A program made the position numbers and the translations under genes. The notes below the pieces were generated by a model. That model searched no databases, was not told the DNA's origin, and saw nothing but the letters and a program-made list of their open reading frames with translations. From the NCBI RefSeq assembly GCF_026210795.1, contig NC_089429.1, positions 7,130,001 through 7,194,000 of the forward strand: a DNA stretch of 64,000 nt, given 5' to 3'. Origin of the DNA: Rhizophagus irregularis (taxonomy: Eukaryota). Shown here one piece after another: positions 12,801 to 26,528 of the stretch. The stretch's first letter is position 1, and each line of letters begins with the position of its first letter.

Positions 12801-15742
12801 GAGTACAGCTTTAAGTCATTTATGGTTTTGCCATTTGAAGTTATGAAGAGATTAATTGTGGTTGGCTTGTAGTTAGATATATAATTATATGATTTAAATA
12901 TATTACATACTTAATTTATAAGATCAGCAGCAATACCGTGTCTTCCATCAAGAAATATTTATCACCGAAAAACGTCATAAGATGAGATCTAAACAGCCGA
13001 AATTAAATAATTAAAGAGAGCTAAACGGGTTCAAATTGTTTCAAACGTTGTATCCAACACACTTGATTTTTATTAATAAAATCTTGATAATATGGTTAGA
13101 ATAAGATTATTGAGAAAATCAAGCCATTGTCCTGCTCTTTCATGAACATTCACTTACAAGCTCAATTATGACAAGTGATTAGGACCAGCATAATTAGGCA
13201 ATGTACCTAGTGCGTTGGAGTTCGTTAAACGAAAACAATTTAGACACAAATCACGAGTTAGTGGCTCATGATTTTTCAATTATGTTATCAGATTTGTTAC
13301 TGTAGCAACATTCAAATTATATATATATTGAAGGGATTGATGTAGAAACTTTAGCTTTAATTATTTATTATTTATTATTTATTATAGATTATTTGGTATA
13401 CATAATCGTGAATCTAGTGAAGCAGTTACGCAGTAGTACTGATTCTTGCTGTAACAACTGCTACAGTTATGGTTGTAGGCATACTCAGGATTTGAGCTGA
13501 TAAAAGAAGCCGCAGGTGACTAGCCTTGATTTCTTGGATATAATTAAATTCTATTAAATTTACTTAATGTTCGGCAGTGATATAAACAATAAAAATTCGA
13601 AACCAAATATATAATAATTTTATAAAGTTGTATATTTATTACAAGTTTACAACGGATTCGGGAGAATTTGTTTGACGAGTAAGTACAAATGTAAATTTTT
13701 TATTTACCGTTATAATTAAAATAATTAAAACAATTACCTTTTTTTATTAGAAATGAAATAATATTAAATCAAGAACATCAATCAATCAAAATTCTCTTGT
13801 TACTTGCAAAACTAATAATAATCAATCAAACCCATCGCGATATAGGCCTATTCTACTATTCTACCACGCTCTCCTCTTCTGATTCTTTGCTTATAAGTTA
13901 TTCTCAATTCTTTTGTGTTTGTTGCTAAATGTTATTCCATCAGTCTTTCATATGTTCAATATCTAATCCATATTCCTATTAAGCTCCTATATGATTGCGT
14001 TTTTGGCCGATTTATCAAACGTAAAGACCCCTTTTTCAATTGATTTTTAATCTCCTCTTCTTTCTTTTGGTCGCTTCCCCAATTTCCAATAGCTTTTAAT
14101 CCCACGTTTCTAACTTCTGAATTTCGGTAGTGTAATCTCTAAAAATATTGCCATATTTCTTTACCATTGTTCTATTTGTTTTTTTTCCTTCTGTATTAAT
14201 AAAATAAGGTAGTTGAACAATTCTCAGCAAACCATAAATAGTGATACAAAACTCTACCTTTTGCCCTTACGAGAAATTGTAATGAGATTATCAGTTTGAT
14301 TGAAATATTTTTACGGATGTGCCGAGTAGCAAATCATGCTCATCTGGTAACCTTTCGAGCGCAGTGAGTGCGGCGATCTTGTAATTAAGAAGAGTACCCT
14401 CTTACATGGTTTCATAAGGACAAAGTCATATCTAATTCTGGTTAGAAGTTGAATGCGCAACAGCAACTTAGAATCTTTTAGAGACATACAACTAAAGTGT
14501 ATCCGCTGTGTCACTGTGTGTTTGTAGTTTAGAACATCATTTCGATGTAACTAAAGCCGTGAGAAATTCCATTTTCTCTTCCATTTTCCCTAACAGATAT
14601 TTGAAGTATTATTGCCTAAATTAATACAATCTGATGAGGGGTTTGCATCAATAATAAATAAAGAAATAAAATAATGACCGACTCATTGAATGCATTTTTC
14701 CTTCCATCGACTTTTTTTTTGAAGTTCGAGAGCTTAGAAAGCCATTGATCTCTAACCTACGATTATAGAACGAGAGTCTCCAATCATAAGAAGGAAAATG
14801 CATATTATTGTTATAATAACCAAAATTTTGTATCATTTATCTAATAGATCAAAGAAGATAAGAATGAAAAACATCTCGGAATGGTAGTGAATAAATTACC
14901 CCACATCCAATATCTATGATGACAGGAAAATGGTTGAATTAATTTTTGGATGACAGAAAAAGCCAAATAGATTCTTTCTCGATCCCAAGATTTTTAGATG
15001 ATCTTTCAAATTACTTTTTCAGGTATTTGGAAAAAATTCCCGTCTTTGTCCTTTTAATAAGTTTTGTTTATAAGTTATTTAAAGATGAAATGTGTGATAC
15101 GTTAGGAGCCTTTTGAACTAATGTTCTTGAACGTTTTTTATCAACTTTAGAACGTGCAGACTTATTTCGCACCGAAAACAAACCAAGATGCTTGGTTTAC
15201 CATTTATCACCTGATTCCTGTTTTTTTAAACAATCCTAGACTACAATTGAGATAATAATGTGCCCACTACCATAACTCTAAATTAATTTTCGCTATTTAT
15301 AACTGATATTAATGGTAAAACACCCGATCTGTACGGATCATATTCGTTGAACAATTTCTTTGCCGGATTAAAATCCGTTTTTAACCCGGATATTAACTGC
15401 GGTTAAACAGATACTAATAAATATAGTTCATATTTTACAATTGTTTCACAAAAAATATATTTGTTTTAAAAATAAATAATAATTTTTTTTAAAAAAAAGA
15501 AATCAAAAAGAGGTGGCGTTCAAACGTTGATCAGATTATCATTTTTAAGGCTGATCCCATCCGGTTTTAACTCGTTCGATGATTACCATGATAACAAAGA
15601 CAATAACCAAAGTTTTTGTTGCAAGTAATATTTTATTTCCATTTATAATATACAATAACCATTTATCATAATACGATAACAAATAATTTATATAAACCAT
15701 TTTTTTTTTTACCCCAAATTTCCACACCAAATTTTTATCATT

Positions 15743-17314
15743 ATGCCTTCTTACTTACCGGTAGAAGTTATTGATATAATTATAAGTCATATTGACAAAT
15801 CCGATTCATCAATATTACTAAACGTTTCTTTGATCAATAGAGAATGGTGTCTAATTGGGATACTTCATCTTTGGAAAAATCCATTCATTAAAATAAATAG
15901 TAAAGCGCGCTTCAAAGTTTACTCAAAAATTATCACAATTCTTTTATCTCACTTAGACGATAAAACACAATCCTTCTTAAAAGTAAAAGATTCATTTGGT
16001 ATTCCACGTCGAACAACTTTTAATTACCCTTCCTTTATCAGACAAATTGATTTCGTGATACTATGTAATTTAATACACTCTTGGTTAGATCAAACCAAAT
16101 TTTCTTCTCATTCGATAAATCAAGAAATTGATTATAATAATGAGAATAGTGGTTTGCTATCTTACGATTATAGTAAACACAGCGATGGATTTCAATTTAA
16201 AATTGAAAATTTGATATTTTTTGAGGTCTTATTTAAATTAATTATGACAAAAACCCAAGGAATTGATACCCTTCGAATTATATCATTCGAACACGAATTT
16301 CCGGTATCATATCTATATACTCTAATCAATACTGAAAAAACACGAAGGAGCTTATCAAGACTTAAACAATTTAAATGCAAGGGAAATTTCTTAAAAAGAG
16401 ATTTGATAAGTCTTATTACGGAAATCTCACATGAAATTTCAACCTTTTCTATATCTCTTTCAGATGATTTTGATCAAGATTTGAAGACGAGTCAAGTGTC
16501 AAAGTTCCTTAAAGATCAAAAAAAAATAAAAAAATTAAATGTAAAACCAAATAATTTGGTTACTCCTAAGTATATAAGGAAAGTAAGAACGAAAACTTTA
16601 CTGGAAATTAAATTATTTGAAGGCAATTTGGATTATATGTTAGAAAATTTATTAAAATGTCCTAATTTAAGAAGGATCTGTTTTTGTGATTCAAATTTAT
16701 ATAAAAGTCAGAATTTAAGTAAAGTTGTTTTTCCTAATCTTTTAGACTTGGAAATTATTAACTGTAATGTTTTTTCATCGGATGATTTATCATCACCTAT
16801 CATACCTTTTCTTATTCATAACGGAAAGAAAATTATGAACATTCGATTATCATCAATTTCTGGTGATCAAATTGGATTTCTTTTAAAAATTTCTAAAAAA
16901 TATTGTTCAAACCTTGTAACATTATCTGTGGATATACAAGATGAACCCGAATTAGAAATTTTTAGTAAAGTTCTTAAAAGGTGTCGTAGTCTAAAGGTTG
17001 TCGATTTTGGAAACAAATGTAAATGGCAATATTTTGTTAATAAAAATATTCTTTACCTTAACAATATTAGCCCAAGAAATCTTAGAAAGTTGAGAGTAAG
17101 GTACTGGAAAGTAGATATAGATGTTTTTAAGGAGTTCTTTGAAAATTATGGTACTTTCCTAAATGAATTTGAATGTTCATGCACAGGAGAAGAATCTGAT
17201 ATCAGAACATTAGTAATAAATTTAGTGAAAGGAATGAATAGAAATTTAGTTTATTTATTAATTGAAGAAGTGGAATTTCAGTTGATTCATTTGGTGAAAG
17301 TTAGATTAAATTAA
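15743..17314 (+). CDS. F-box / RNI-like leucine-rich repeat protein
   Basis: 523-aa ORF; N-terminal F-box-like LPVEVIDIIISHI...LLNVSLINREWCLIGILHLWKNPF, FNYPSFIRQID motif and LxxLxL repeats. Confidence 0.85.
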   Translation: MPSYLPVEVIDIIISHIDKSDSSILLNVSLINREWCLIGILHLWKNPFIKINSKARFKVYSKIITILLSHLDDKTQSFLKVKDSFGIPRRTTFNYPSFIRQIDFVILCNLIHSWLDQTKFSSHSINQEIDYNNENSGLLSYDYSKHSDGFQFKIENLIFFEVLFKLIMTKTQGIDTLRIISFEHEFPVSYLYTLINTEKTRRSLSRLKQFKCKGNFLKRDLISLITEISHEISTFSISLSDDFDQDLKTSQVSKFLKDQKKIKKLNVKPNNLVTPKYIRKVRTKTLLEIKLFEGNLDYMLENLLKCPNLRRICFCDSNLYKSQNLSKVVFPNLLDLEIINCNVFSSDDLSSPIIPFLIHNGKKIMNIRLSSISGDQIGFLLKISKKYCSNLVTLSVDIQDEPELEIFSKVLKRCRSLKVVDFGNKCKWQYFVNKNILYLNNISPRNLRKLRVRYWKVDIDVFKEFFENYGTFLNEFECSCTGEESDIRTLVINLVKGMNRNLVYLLIEEVEFQLIHLVKVRLN

Positions 17315-20300
17315 GATTAATATTTTCTTTTTTGATATTTTTAATTAATATATAAGGTGATTTCATTAGAAGTTTGTTATTCATATCAAATGTACAATCA
17401 AACTAAATTACATGTGAAAAATGCAAAAATAACCAATAATTCTCCTTTGAATTTTATTAGTAATAGGAAATGTTTTTTTGTAATATCAATAAGACTTTTT
17501 ATATTTATCAATAAAGCATCATATATAGATTATTAAAAAAAAAATGACTTTTATACTTGTGATAAGCAATGTAATCAACATTCTTGGACATTAGTTGTTG
17601 TAATTATAAGTTCCTTGTACTAGTGTAGCTAATGTATACAGAAATTTAGAATCTTTTTAATATACAAGTTATTCATTCTCCTTCAAACCCAATTCAAAAA
17701 ATCCTTACCAAAAGAATAACTCATATAAAGAATTATCATTTTTAGAACTACTAGTGAATAATACAAACAAAAGAAATATTAATAATACTATTCAATAATT
17801 AAATAATTGGAATGTAGAAAATAATTATATATGGAATAGACAATGTCAGTGTAATAAAATGGATACAAATATGAACCCTTAATGATGAATTAATAAAAGA
17901 AAAATAAGAACAAAATAATTAAATCTAAAAAATAAATTATTAGTATCAATATTTTATGATTTTAATATATTTTATAAAGAAACATATAATATATTTACCA
18001 TTATTAATAAAGGATTTTTATATTATCAGCAATATAATATTATATATATATAAACTTTTGATCAAATTTTACAATAATACTACATTTATATTGATAATTA
18101 ATATTTTATGTAAAGAATTTTGTGAAAGAACTTATATTAATAGAAGGATTTCAATTTAAAGGTCAAAAAGTTATAGAAAAGCCTTATATATTAAAATATT
18201 TAAGGAAGTAAAAAATTAATGCCATTTGAAAGTTTATACATATTACTTTAATATATTTTAAAAAAAGTTATATTTTATTAGTTATTAAACCCAAATGAAA
18301 ATAGGCCAATTTATGTAATTTAATTAATGATTGATCCTGTACTGAAAATGTAATTGATAAATACCAATGTTATATTATTGGTAAATTAATATTGATGTAA
18401 TTGATATACAATTTAAAAATTAAGTAATTTTTTATATAATTTAATATTATTTATTATTTTTTAAATTCAATTTTAAATAAATCATTTGTACTATTTTAAT
18501 ATATTTTAAGAATATTTTAATATAAGAATATTTTAACCATAAAATCTGTGCATTTTAAGTATATATATATTTTTATAAGACTAGTAAAAGTAGATTATAA
18601 TTAATCAAAATTATTGTTTTATTCAGAAGTTAATATATTGATTTTAAAAATTTTAGAAAATAATCAAAGGAATAATGCTTGGACTTTTGAAAGAGTTTTA
18701 TATTCTAAAGTTACTCATTTACTAAATATATTATATATATATATTTTTTTTTTAACTAAAAAAAAAGTGAAAAATTATAAAACTAACTATCATTTAAACC
18801 ATTAATGAGATCATAAATAATAGTAAATATTATTTAAGTTTAACAATCTGATTATTATCATTATAGTAGGTGAGTAAAATATTATTTTTGAGAGTAAAAT
18901 ATTAATTTAGACTTTTAGGTAATATATATATGCATACCATCCATTTCAATTCAAAAAAAATAAATATTATATATTTTTAACCATTTAAAAATATATTATC
19001 AAATTGACCTATTTCATAAATTGTTTTAACTAATAAAATTATGAGTTCATGCAATAATAGTACCTTAAAAGTTGAAATCACTATAATGATATATTATCTC
19101 GCAATAACAAAACTTTTGATTCATTCTTATATATAATATATATGTAGAAAATTTCCCTTTAATTACCTATAAATATAATTATCAGTTTAACTAAATAATA
19201 TCAACTCTGTTGATTAATCAGTTATTATAATCTATAGTTTCAAATTCTTAATTTCATCAAATGTTATATAATCAACTCATATTCGAATTTTAAGTAATAA
19301 TGAAAGAAATAATTCAAGAAATTGATAATTCCTCTAAATGACTTCTACTGAGATTTTGATCAGTTATTACTATCATGAGATGCCTTCTATAAAAGAATAT
19401 TTCTACATTATTCATACTATTTTGATATGTATTCATGTATTTATCATCTCATATTCAATAGTTTTCCACAAAGCTGTAATTGTCATGATAAACTACAAAA
19501 GCTATTGTAGAGTTACCTTTAGTAAGAATTAAAGTACAATTTTGGCTTTTTTTACTTTTTTAATTGCTGGCATTATTTGCATCATCTGTTTTAATAATAA
19601 GTAATAACTATGAATTACCATCTTACTTTTGTCAGTTTTTTTGCTTTGTTGATATTTAGCTTTATCCAATATTCTCTTAATTACTTTTTGTTTTGCTTGG
19701 ATTATATTCTGAAGGTGTCAATGTTAGATCCGCATTTGTTCTATATACTTTGTAAATAATTGATAATTACTATTCTCTGAAATTCTTTTCCACTTAAGAT
19801 TTTGACATCTTTTACACATTCAGCCAGATCATATATACATTTCTTCAAAGTGCTACGATATTATTATAAAACTCAATACATTTCTGAAAATTAGGCTTGA
19901 AATCTATTATCATATACCCCTCTTCTGAATAAGGTGAAATCTTGAAATATTCGGTGCGCCCATCACGAAGTTAAACTAAGCATTTACCAACTATTTATTA
20001 AATGCTTTTAAGAATATTTAATTTAAGGCTTATTAAACGGGTTTCAACGCAGCTTGTATTTGATAAGGATTATTTTTTTATTGCTAACAGATTAATAATA
20101 TTATGTATTAATTTTGCATTATAATTTATAACTAAAATACTTAAATTAATTATATAATAAATGATAGTATATTACGCTATTCTAATATTGATATTTTAAT
20201 ATTATTTCACTACTCAATTTTATTATTATATTTATTATATATATTGTTATATATTACATATGATATATCTTTTACATTACGACTAATTAAATTTCCAACA

Positions 20301-20363
20301 CTTCCAAAGACCTTTCCTGCTATTAAAATTAAAAGATTTCCATGCATCCGGAGACCAGGTTGT

Positions 20364-22400
20364 CTAATAAAAAAAAGATAATGAAATTAAATTAATAAAA
20401 CTAGTTCACTAAAAGAAATATATTCAAAAAAAAAAAATACTTTGGATTTTTCTTACCAAAATTCTACGCTTCCAAAGACCTGGTCATCTGGTCATCTAGA
20501 AAAAAAAGATAAAAATCAAAACGTTAGTAAGACGTTTCATTAAAAGAAATAAATCAGAGAAAACTCCAATACTCACTGAAATCTACGTGTCCAATAAACC
20601 GGTTGTCTAAAAAAAAAAGAGAAGAATTGAAGTACCTAAATCCAACGTGTTCAGACCAAAGAGTAAGCCATCTAAAAAAGGGAGATAACGAAACGTTAGA
20701 AATAGTTCATTAAATAAATAAAACTTTCCGATTTCTTACCAGAATCTAGAATACAAGAACTGTCTAAAAAAAAATAATAATGAAACATTAATAAACGTTT
20801 CATTAAAATAAAAAAAAAACCCCCATCAAAAACAATGTAACTAACTATTTTTTTGATGTATTACTATTAGATGAAGTACGAGAAGTAGGACGAACCTGTT
20901 TTTCACTTTCAACTGTATTATTACGTTTATTATTATCCTTATCTTTATTAAAATTCCTGATAGACCGGCCGCCTAAAAAAATAGAAAAAAGAGAAACCAA
21001 AACGTTAACAAACGTTTTGTTAAAAAAAATCTTTTAAAGAAAAACAATTACCGAAATCTCACGTGTCCAGAACCGTCTAAAAAAAAGAAAGAACGAAACG
21101 TTAGAAAACATTTCATTCGTTTCGTTAAAACAAATACTTGTCAATATAATATTGATTTGTACTAACACAAAAAATCCCATCTTGATTTTCATCAATAATC
21201 TTTTTTTTTTAGTCGCGGATTGTACCGAAATGATTTTATTCAAATAATGCATGCCATCAAGGTTCGAAGAACAAGCCGTCTAAAAAAGGAAGATAACAAA
21301 ACGTTAGAGACAGTTCGTTAGATAAATAAAATTAAAAAAATCTCTTCTGATTTCTTACCGGAATCTAAAAAAAGAAACGTTAGTAAACGTTTCGCTAAAA
21401 TAAATAAAAAAAAAAATAAAATAAATTGAAGAAAAAAACTTACAAATCCGTGTCAAAGAAGTTTTGAAGAAGCCGACTAAAAAAAAAGAAATAAGACGAA
21501 ACATTAATAAGTGTTTCGTTAAAATAAATAAAAGAAAAAAATTACTTACCGAAAGTCATGTCCAAAGAGCCAAAGACCTGCCTAAAAAGAATAAAAAACG
21601 AAATCGTTAAGTTAACGTTTCGTTATAGTAAAGAAGTTTAAGAAATCAAACTTAAATACCGTAATTCTGCGCGCTTTAAAGACCCCGAAGAAGAAGCCAT
21701 CTAAAAAGAGAAAGAAGACGAAACATTAGTAAATGTTTCATTAAAGAATAATAAAAATGGCCCCCTCTCCTACCAAATTTCCATTCATTCAAGTACTCGA
21801 AGGTCTAAGCCGTCTACTAATGTCCAACCCCCGGAAACCTGAAAGATCTGCCTAAAAAAGAAAAAGAAACGAACTGTTAGTATAGTTCGTTAAAAATAAA
21901 AAAATTAGTATAAAAAAAAAATTAAGACTTACCAAATTCCAAGCCATCATCAATTTATTTTATTTTTGAAGAGCCCTAAAAAAGAAAAAAAAGTGAACTG
22001 TTAATAACAGTTCGCCAAAGTAGCTAAATTAAAGAAAACAAAAAAAAAATGTACCAAAAATTCGCGCGTCAAAAGAAACCAAGAAACCGTCTAAAAAAAA
22101 GTAAGAAAACGAGTCATTAGAAACTAGCTCGTTAAAATAAATATAATTAAAGAAAAAAAAATAGTTTACCAAAATGTCGTGTCCAGGGAGACTAAAATAA
22201 CCGTCTAAAAAAGGATTTTTGGTTTTTTTTGTGGGTGATTTTAACTTTTCTTTTAAACAGAAGAGGGAAAAGAAGAAAGAACGAAGGAAATGGAAATGGA
22301 GAGAGTGAAACTGTGAAAGGAAGAGAACGAAGGGAAGGAAAATGGGAAAAGTGAGAGAGAGGAAAGGAAAAAATGAAAGAGTGGAAAAGGTAAAGAAAAA
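20364..22400 (-). ncRNA. Intron/micro-exon array A (about 14 repeated introns), putative non-coding multi-exon transcript
   Basis: Repeated minus-strand GT(AAGT/AAGA/GAGT/ACAT)...hairpin containing CTAAC/CTAAT/TTAAT...poly-T-TAG introns, e.g. 22091-22169, 21976-22054, 21852-21932, 21582-21659, 21477-21549, 21365-21443, 21280-21358, 20672-20739, 20364-20456; exons mostly 6-78 nt. Confidence 0.6.
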
Positions 22401-22439
22401 AATTTGTAAAAAAAGATTATCGATTTGTTAGTCTATAAT

Positions 22440-22449
22440 ATCACGTGAT
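22440..22449. promoter_or_regulatory. ATCACGTGAT E-box (bHLH/Cbf1-type site) upstream of array A
   Basis: Perfect palindrome ~45 bp beyond the purine-rich (minus strand: CT-rich) first-exon block; same layout as array B. Confidence 0.5.
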
Positions 22450-22849
22450 ATTTTTAATAAATAAGTATTTTAATAATTTGTAATCTTTTACAATAAGCAT
22501 TCAGTAAATACAAAATTTAAACATTTATTAAATTTATTAAATAATTTGTGTTTTAATACAAGTCCAACTTTGTGATAGTCTATTATTGACATATTTCTTT
22601 TCGTTACCATAATAATTAGAATTGGATGATGTTAAAAGACGACCAAATAAGTTTTGGTATTCATCAATGTCAACCTTTGTGATTCCATAAAAGGAACACG
22701 AATTTTGCTGTCATCGTATTTATCAAGATTTCTATTAAATATAAGTTCTGTGGACCATTGTTCATTACGCGAGTCGTAAACTCAATTTTTTAGTTGACGC
22801 TTGAATGAGTCAATCATGTTAGTTGATTTAACACGTTTTAATGTTACTA

Positions 22850-23100
22850 CCGTATTTTGCGGGCCACAGTACCCCCCCTATGCACAGTACCCTACAAAAA
22901 AGAACTCCCATTTTCTACCGATTTTATTATTTAAAATAATTTAATAAATACCTAGGTATTACTCATGATAAATACCCAATTATTATATAAGTTTTATACA
23001 TATCTACTAATAATAAAAACTCACACAATGGTGGGGGGTATAAGGTCAAAACCTCTGAAATCTGTATCATACCCGGGGTACTGTGGCCCCCGTTATACGG
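22850..23100. mobile_element. Tc1/mariner-pogo type MITE
   Basis: TIRs CCGTATTTTGCGGGCCACAGTACCCC / GGGGTACTGTGGCCCCCGTTATACGG; TA on both flanks. Confidence 0.85.
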
Positions 23101-23169
23101 TAATTAAGTATCGATCTTTGATAGGTCAGGTTATAGATAACTTTAGATTTGTATTCCTTTAAGTGTCAC

Positions 23170-23991
23170 CAGTGTATGATACAAGATTTTCACAAAATGC
23201 ACGTGACTATGATCTGTGCGCAAATCGCACAAAATATTTCATTCACAATTTTCCTTATCTATGATTCAGAATATTAAAAAAAAGATTTCCCAATTCTGAA
23301 TTTTATCATTCAATGCGGATTTTTGATGCACAACAATTACCTTTAACTCAAGCTTTAATTAATCAGTATGGCGAAAAAGAGATTAAAATTATCAGTGAAT
23401 TTTATGGTAGCCAAAAAGTTGATGAAGATGGTAATCAGGTAATGTTTACGAACCAATAATTGATAAAAAAGAATTAGAAAAGGAATGGGTGTTTGTACGA
23501 CAGTTTATAACTAATTTTAGAGAGTTCAAATTTGTTGAACAATGGTTTAGAATTTTTTCAACAACAAATTTTCTTCTTTATATCCTAATACCTCAAAAAT
23601 TATTCATATTATTTTAATAATTCCACTTTCCAATGCTTCAATAGAAAGAGTTTTTTCACGTCAAAATTTAATTAAAAATAAGTTACAGAATAAGATGAAA
23701 TTGGAAACACTTCATTTTTATCTAAATATTTTAATTAATGGACCGTCATTAGATTTATTTGATTTTGAAGCGGCATATAATCATTGAGCACAATTACCTC
23801 AGTTTAAATTAGGTTATTAATATTGCTGTAAATTTGGTAATTTGAGTTATAAATTTATTAAACATGAATTTAATGAGCAAATAATACAAATTACAAATAA
23901 AAAATTTGTGCAAAATATGTTTGAAAATAATTGCGGGATCAATTTTGTTTTCCGCAAATTACACGTGACATTTATTGAATTTTATTCACTG
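23170..23991 (+). mobile_element. Internally deleted hAT element retaining the transposase C-terminal dimerisation region
   Basis: CAGTG...CACTG ends; 8-bp TSD AGTGTCAC (23162-23169, 23992-23999); remnant YPNTSKIIHIILIIPLSNASIERVFSRQNLIKNKLQNKM (Dimer_Tnp_hAT-like), frameshifted. Confidence 0.9.
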
Positions 23992-24226
23992 AGTGTCACT
24001 AGACCAGTTCATTTCTGATCGTTCGGATTTTTGATCGGGTTTTGAGTTGATAATTGTTGATAATTATTGGCTGACAAATTGCGTGACCTGATCAACGAGT
24101 TGATCAACGATCCGAATTCCGAACTTAAAAAAGGTTGATCAAATTTTTATGAGTACCCGACTGCGTAAAAAACACGAAAAAAAACAACACGAAAAAAATA
24201 CGATTTTAACAAAGTTTTAAAAGAAC

Positions 24227-25230
24227 ATGAATCAATTACAATTTAACGGAAAAACTTCAACTAAACGTCCTAACTCTTCTGCTTCTTCTTATGGAGCTGA
24301 AGCTCAAAAGAAAACGCGTTTAGTTTCACGAAAACCGCGTTTAATTTTACCTAAACCAGTTCTTACTGAACCACAACCACAAAATATCATTCTTCAACCT
24401 CAACAGCAACAGCAAAGTGTTCTTTCTGAACCTCCTCAGCAGCACCAGCAGCAAAGTCAGCTTCAAAAGCAAAAGCAACGTATCTTTCCTTCTCAACATC
24501 CTCCTTTTCAAGAGCAATATCAAATACCTCATTTGTCTTCCACTTTAATGGTAAGTTTTGTAATGCATATTTTAACTGTGAATATAAATATTTATTGAAT
24601 TTTATTTTAGATTAGAAATGATGATAAAATTTCTCAACCTAAAAAGACAAGTATTTCTAAACAATCTAAGAAAAAAGATGACGATGACAAAGATCAAGAA
24701 CCTATCGAAAAATCTGGTTGGAAGAATAGTGAAATTGAGATTTTACTTGATTATCTTCAAGAAAATTTCACATCTTGGTCTAAAGGAAATAAAACTAAAT
24801 TTTATAATAATATGGTAAAGAATATTTTACCAAATAAAGATGCAATTGCAATAAAAAGTAAGTTTTTTATTTTAAGCAAATATCTTAATTCTTTTAATTA
24901 ATCTTTTAATTATTTATTCAAGATAAAATTGCACACTTAATAAGAAAATACGAAAGTGTGAAGAAGTATAATAATCAATCTGAAGTGGAACGTAAAGATT
25001 GGGAATGGTATGATATGCTAGATATAATTTTTGAAACACGTGAAAATATATCACCTTCATTTTTGGCTAATAATAATAAGTCAACAGATATTATCGAAAC
25101 TAAAAAGGTAAATAATAAAAAACAAAAGAACAAAAATAATTATGAAGTTATGACTGAAGCAATAACTGAAATGAATCAAACACGTGAAAAAATTTGGGAG
25201 CAGAAAATGATGTTAGAAAGGAAAAATTAG
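24227..25230 (+). CDS. Harbinger Myb/SANT-like DNA-binding protein, 3 exons (24227-24550, 24611-24857, 24923-25230), 292 aa
   Basis: GTAAGT...AG introns join an open frame containing WKNSEIEILLDYLQENF...IKNKIAHLIRKYESVKK...WEWYDMLDIIF. Confidence 0.75.
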
Positions 25231-25342
25231 ATAAAAGTTATGAGTTAACAAGAAAGATTGGCATATAAAAGAGAGCGTAAAAGGTAAGAATGAAAATGGA
25301 ATTTGATTTAAAGGGGAAGGGATTAGAGATTAATGTAATATG

Positions 25343-26528
25343 TTAGTTTTTAGTTTTATAATATAATAAAATCTTTTTCATTTCTCCTGCTCTTTTTAAT
25401 ATATAATTATAATCATTATCATAATCACTATCATCACTGTTATTACTATTATTATTATCATTACTATTATTACTATTATCATTATCATTACAATTATCAT
25501 TATTTGATTCCAAAAAATTATGTAAAATTATACAACATTCAGTTAAACAAACTGCAGTTGATATTTTTCTAATATTTAATTCTTTTAAACAACCAAATCT
25601 ATTTTTAAGTCTACCAAAAGCATTTTTCACTACTACATAATGTAATATTAAATTGTATTTGTAAATTATTTTGAGTATTAGTAAAAGGTTTAATAAGAAA
25701 ATTAGATAATAAATATGCTAAGTCTCCTAATAAATAATCCTATTCTTTTTTATAAATGTAAAAACATTTTGATAAAAAAAAATGAATTTTGATATATCTT
25801 TACATTATGAACTAATTCTGGCTATCCTATTTTATAATAAATAAAAATACTATGATAATTAACAATACCTTGATTCCAATATATTTCAGGTTGTTTTAAT
25901 AGTAAGATTATATGATTACCATCAATAGTACCAATAATATTGCCAAATCCTCCAATATCTTTAAAGCCTAAACAAACCATCTTTTTTATTTATTCTGTTG
26001 GCCATATAACTAATAAATTTTTTAATGAAAGAATAGCTAACATGACTTTCTTACAATAGAGAAAACAGTACTTTTTGATATACCATAACATGTGTAAATA
26101 TATACTAAAAATTTCATTCTTTACTAATTCTTTATAAAAAAATAGCTAGTTGTAATTCAACTGAAGTTTACTATTTATTACCAGTTGATTGAAAAATTAA
26201 ATATGTTTCAATATTAGTTATAAGATTTTAAAAGTTTTGAGAATCCATTCTCATAATTTTTTTAAATCTAATATTATCATATTTAGAAACAATTAAGTAC
26301 TATTACTCTTTAGATTTAGCAATATTACTTTGAAAATGTAACTTTAAATAATGAGATAAAATCTAGTAAAATACATAATTCAAGAAAAATTATTTCATTA
26401 TTTTTAGCATTAAATAGTTCTTCTTTAGAATTATAATTATTTGATTTATTATCAGAATCATCAAAAACTTGACTTGATTTAATAAAAAAATTTATTAATA
26501 AATTTTTAATAGTTTATTAATATGTCAT
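25343..26528 (-). pseudogene. Harbinger (DDE_Tnp_4/HARBI1-like) transposase pseudogene
   Basis: Motifs IIGTIDGNHI, YLLGDLAY, VVVKNAFGRLKNRF (catalytic E changed to K), CCIILHNF; many stops and frameshifts. Confidence 0.85.

Noticed and set aside
13750..15250. Possible degraded retroelement or gene on the minus strand
   Set aside because: Coding-like composition but no diagnostic motif or TSD that I could confirm
17400..19930. Short ORFs in extremely AT-rich DNA
   Set aside because: Compositional artefacts of decayed repeats with no recognisable domains
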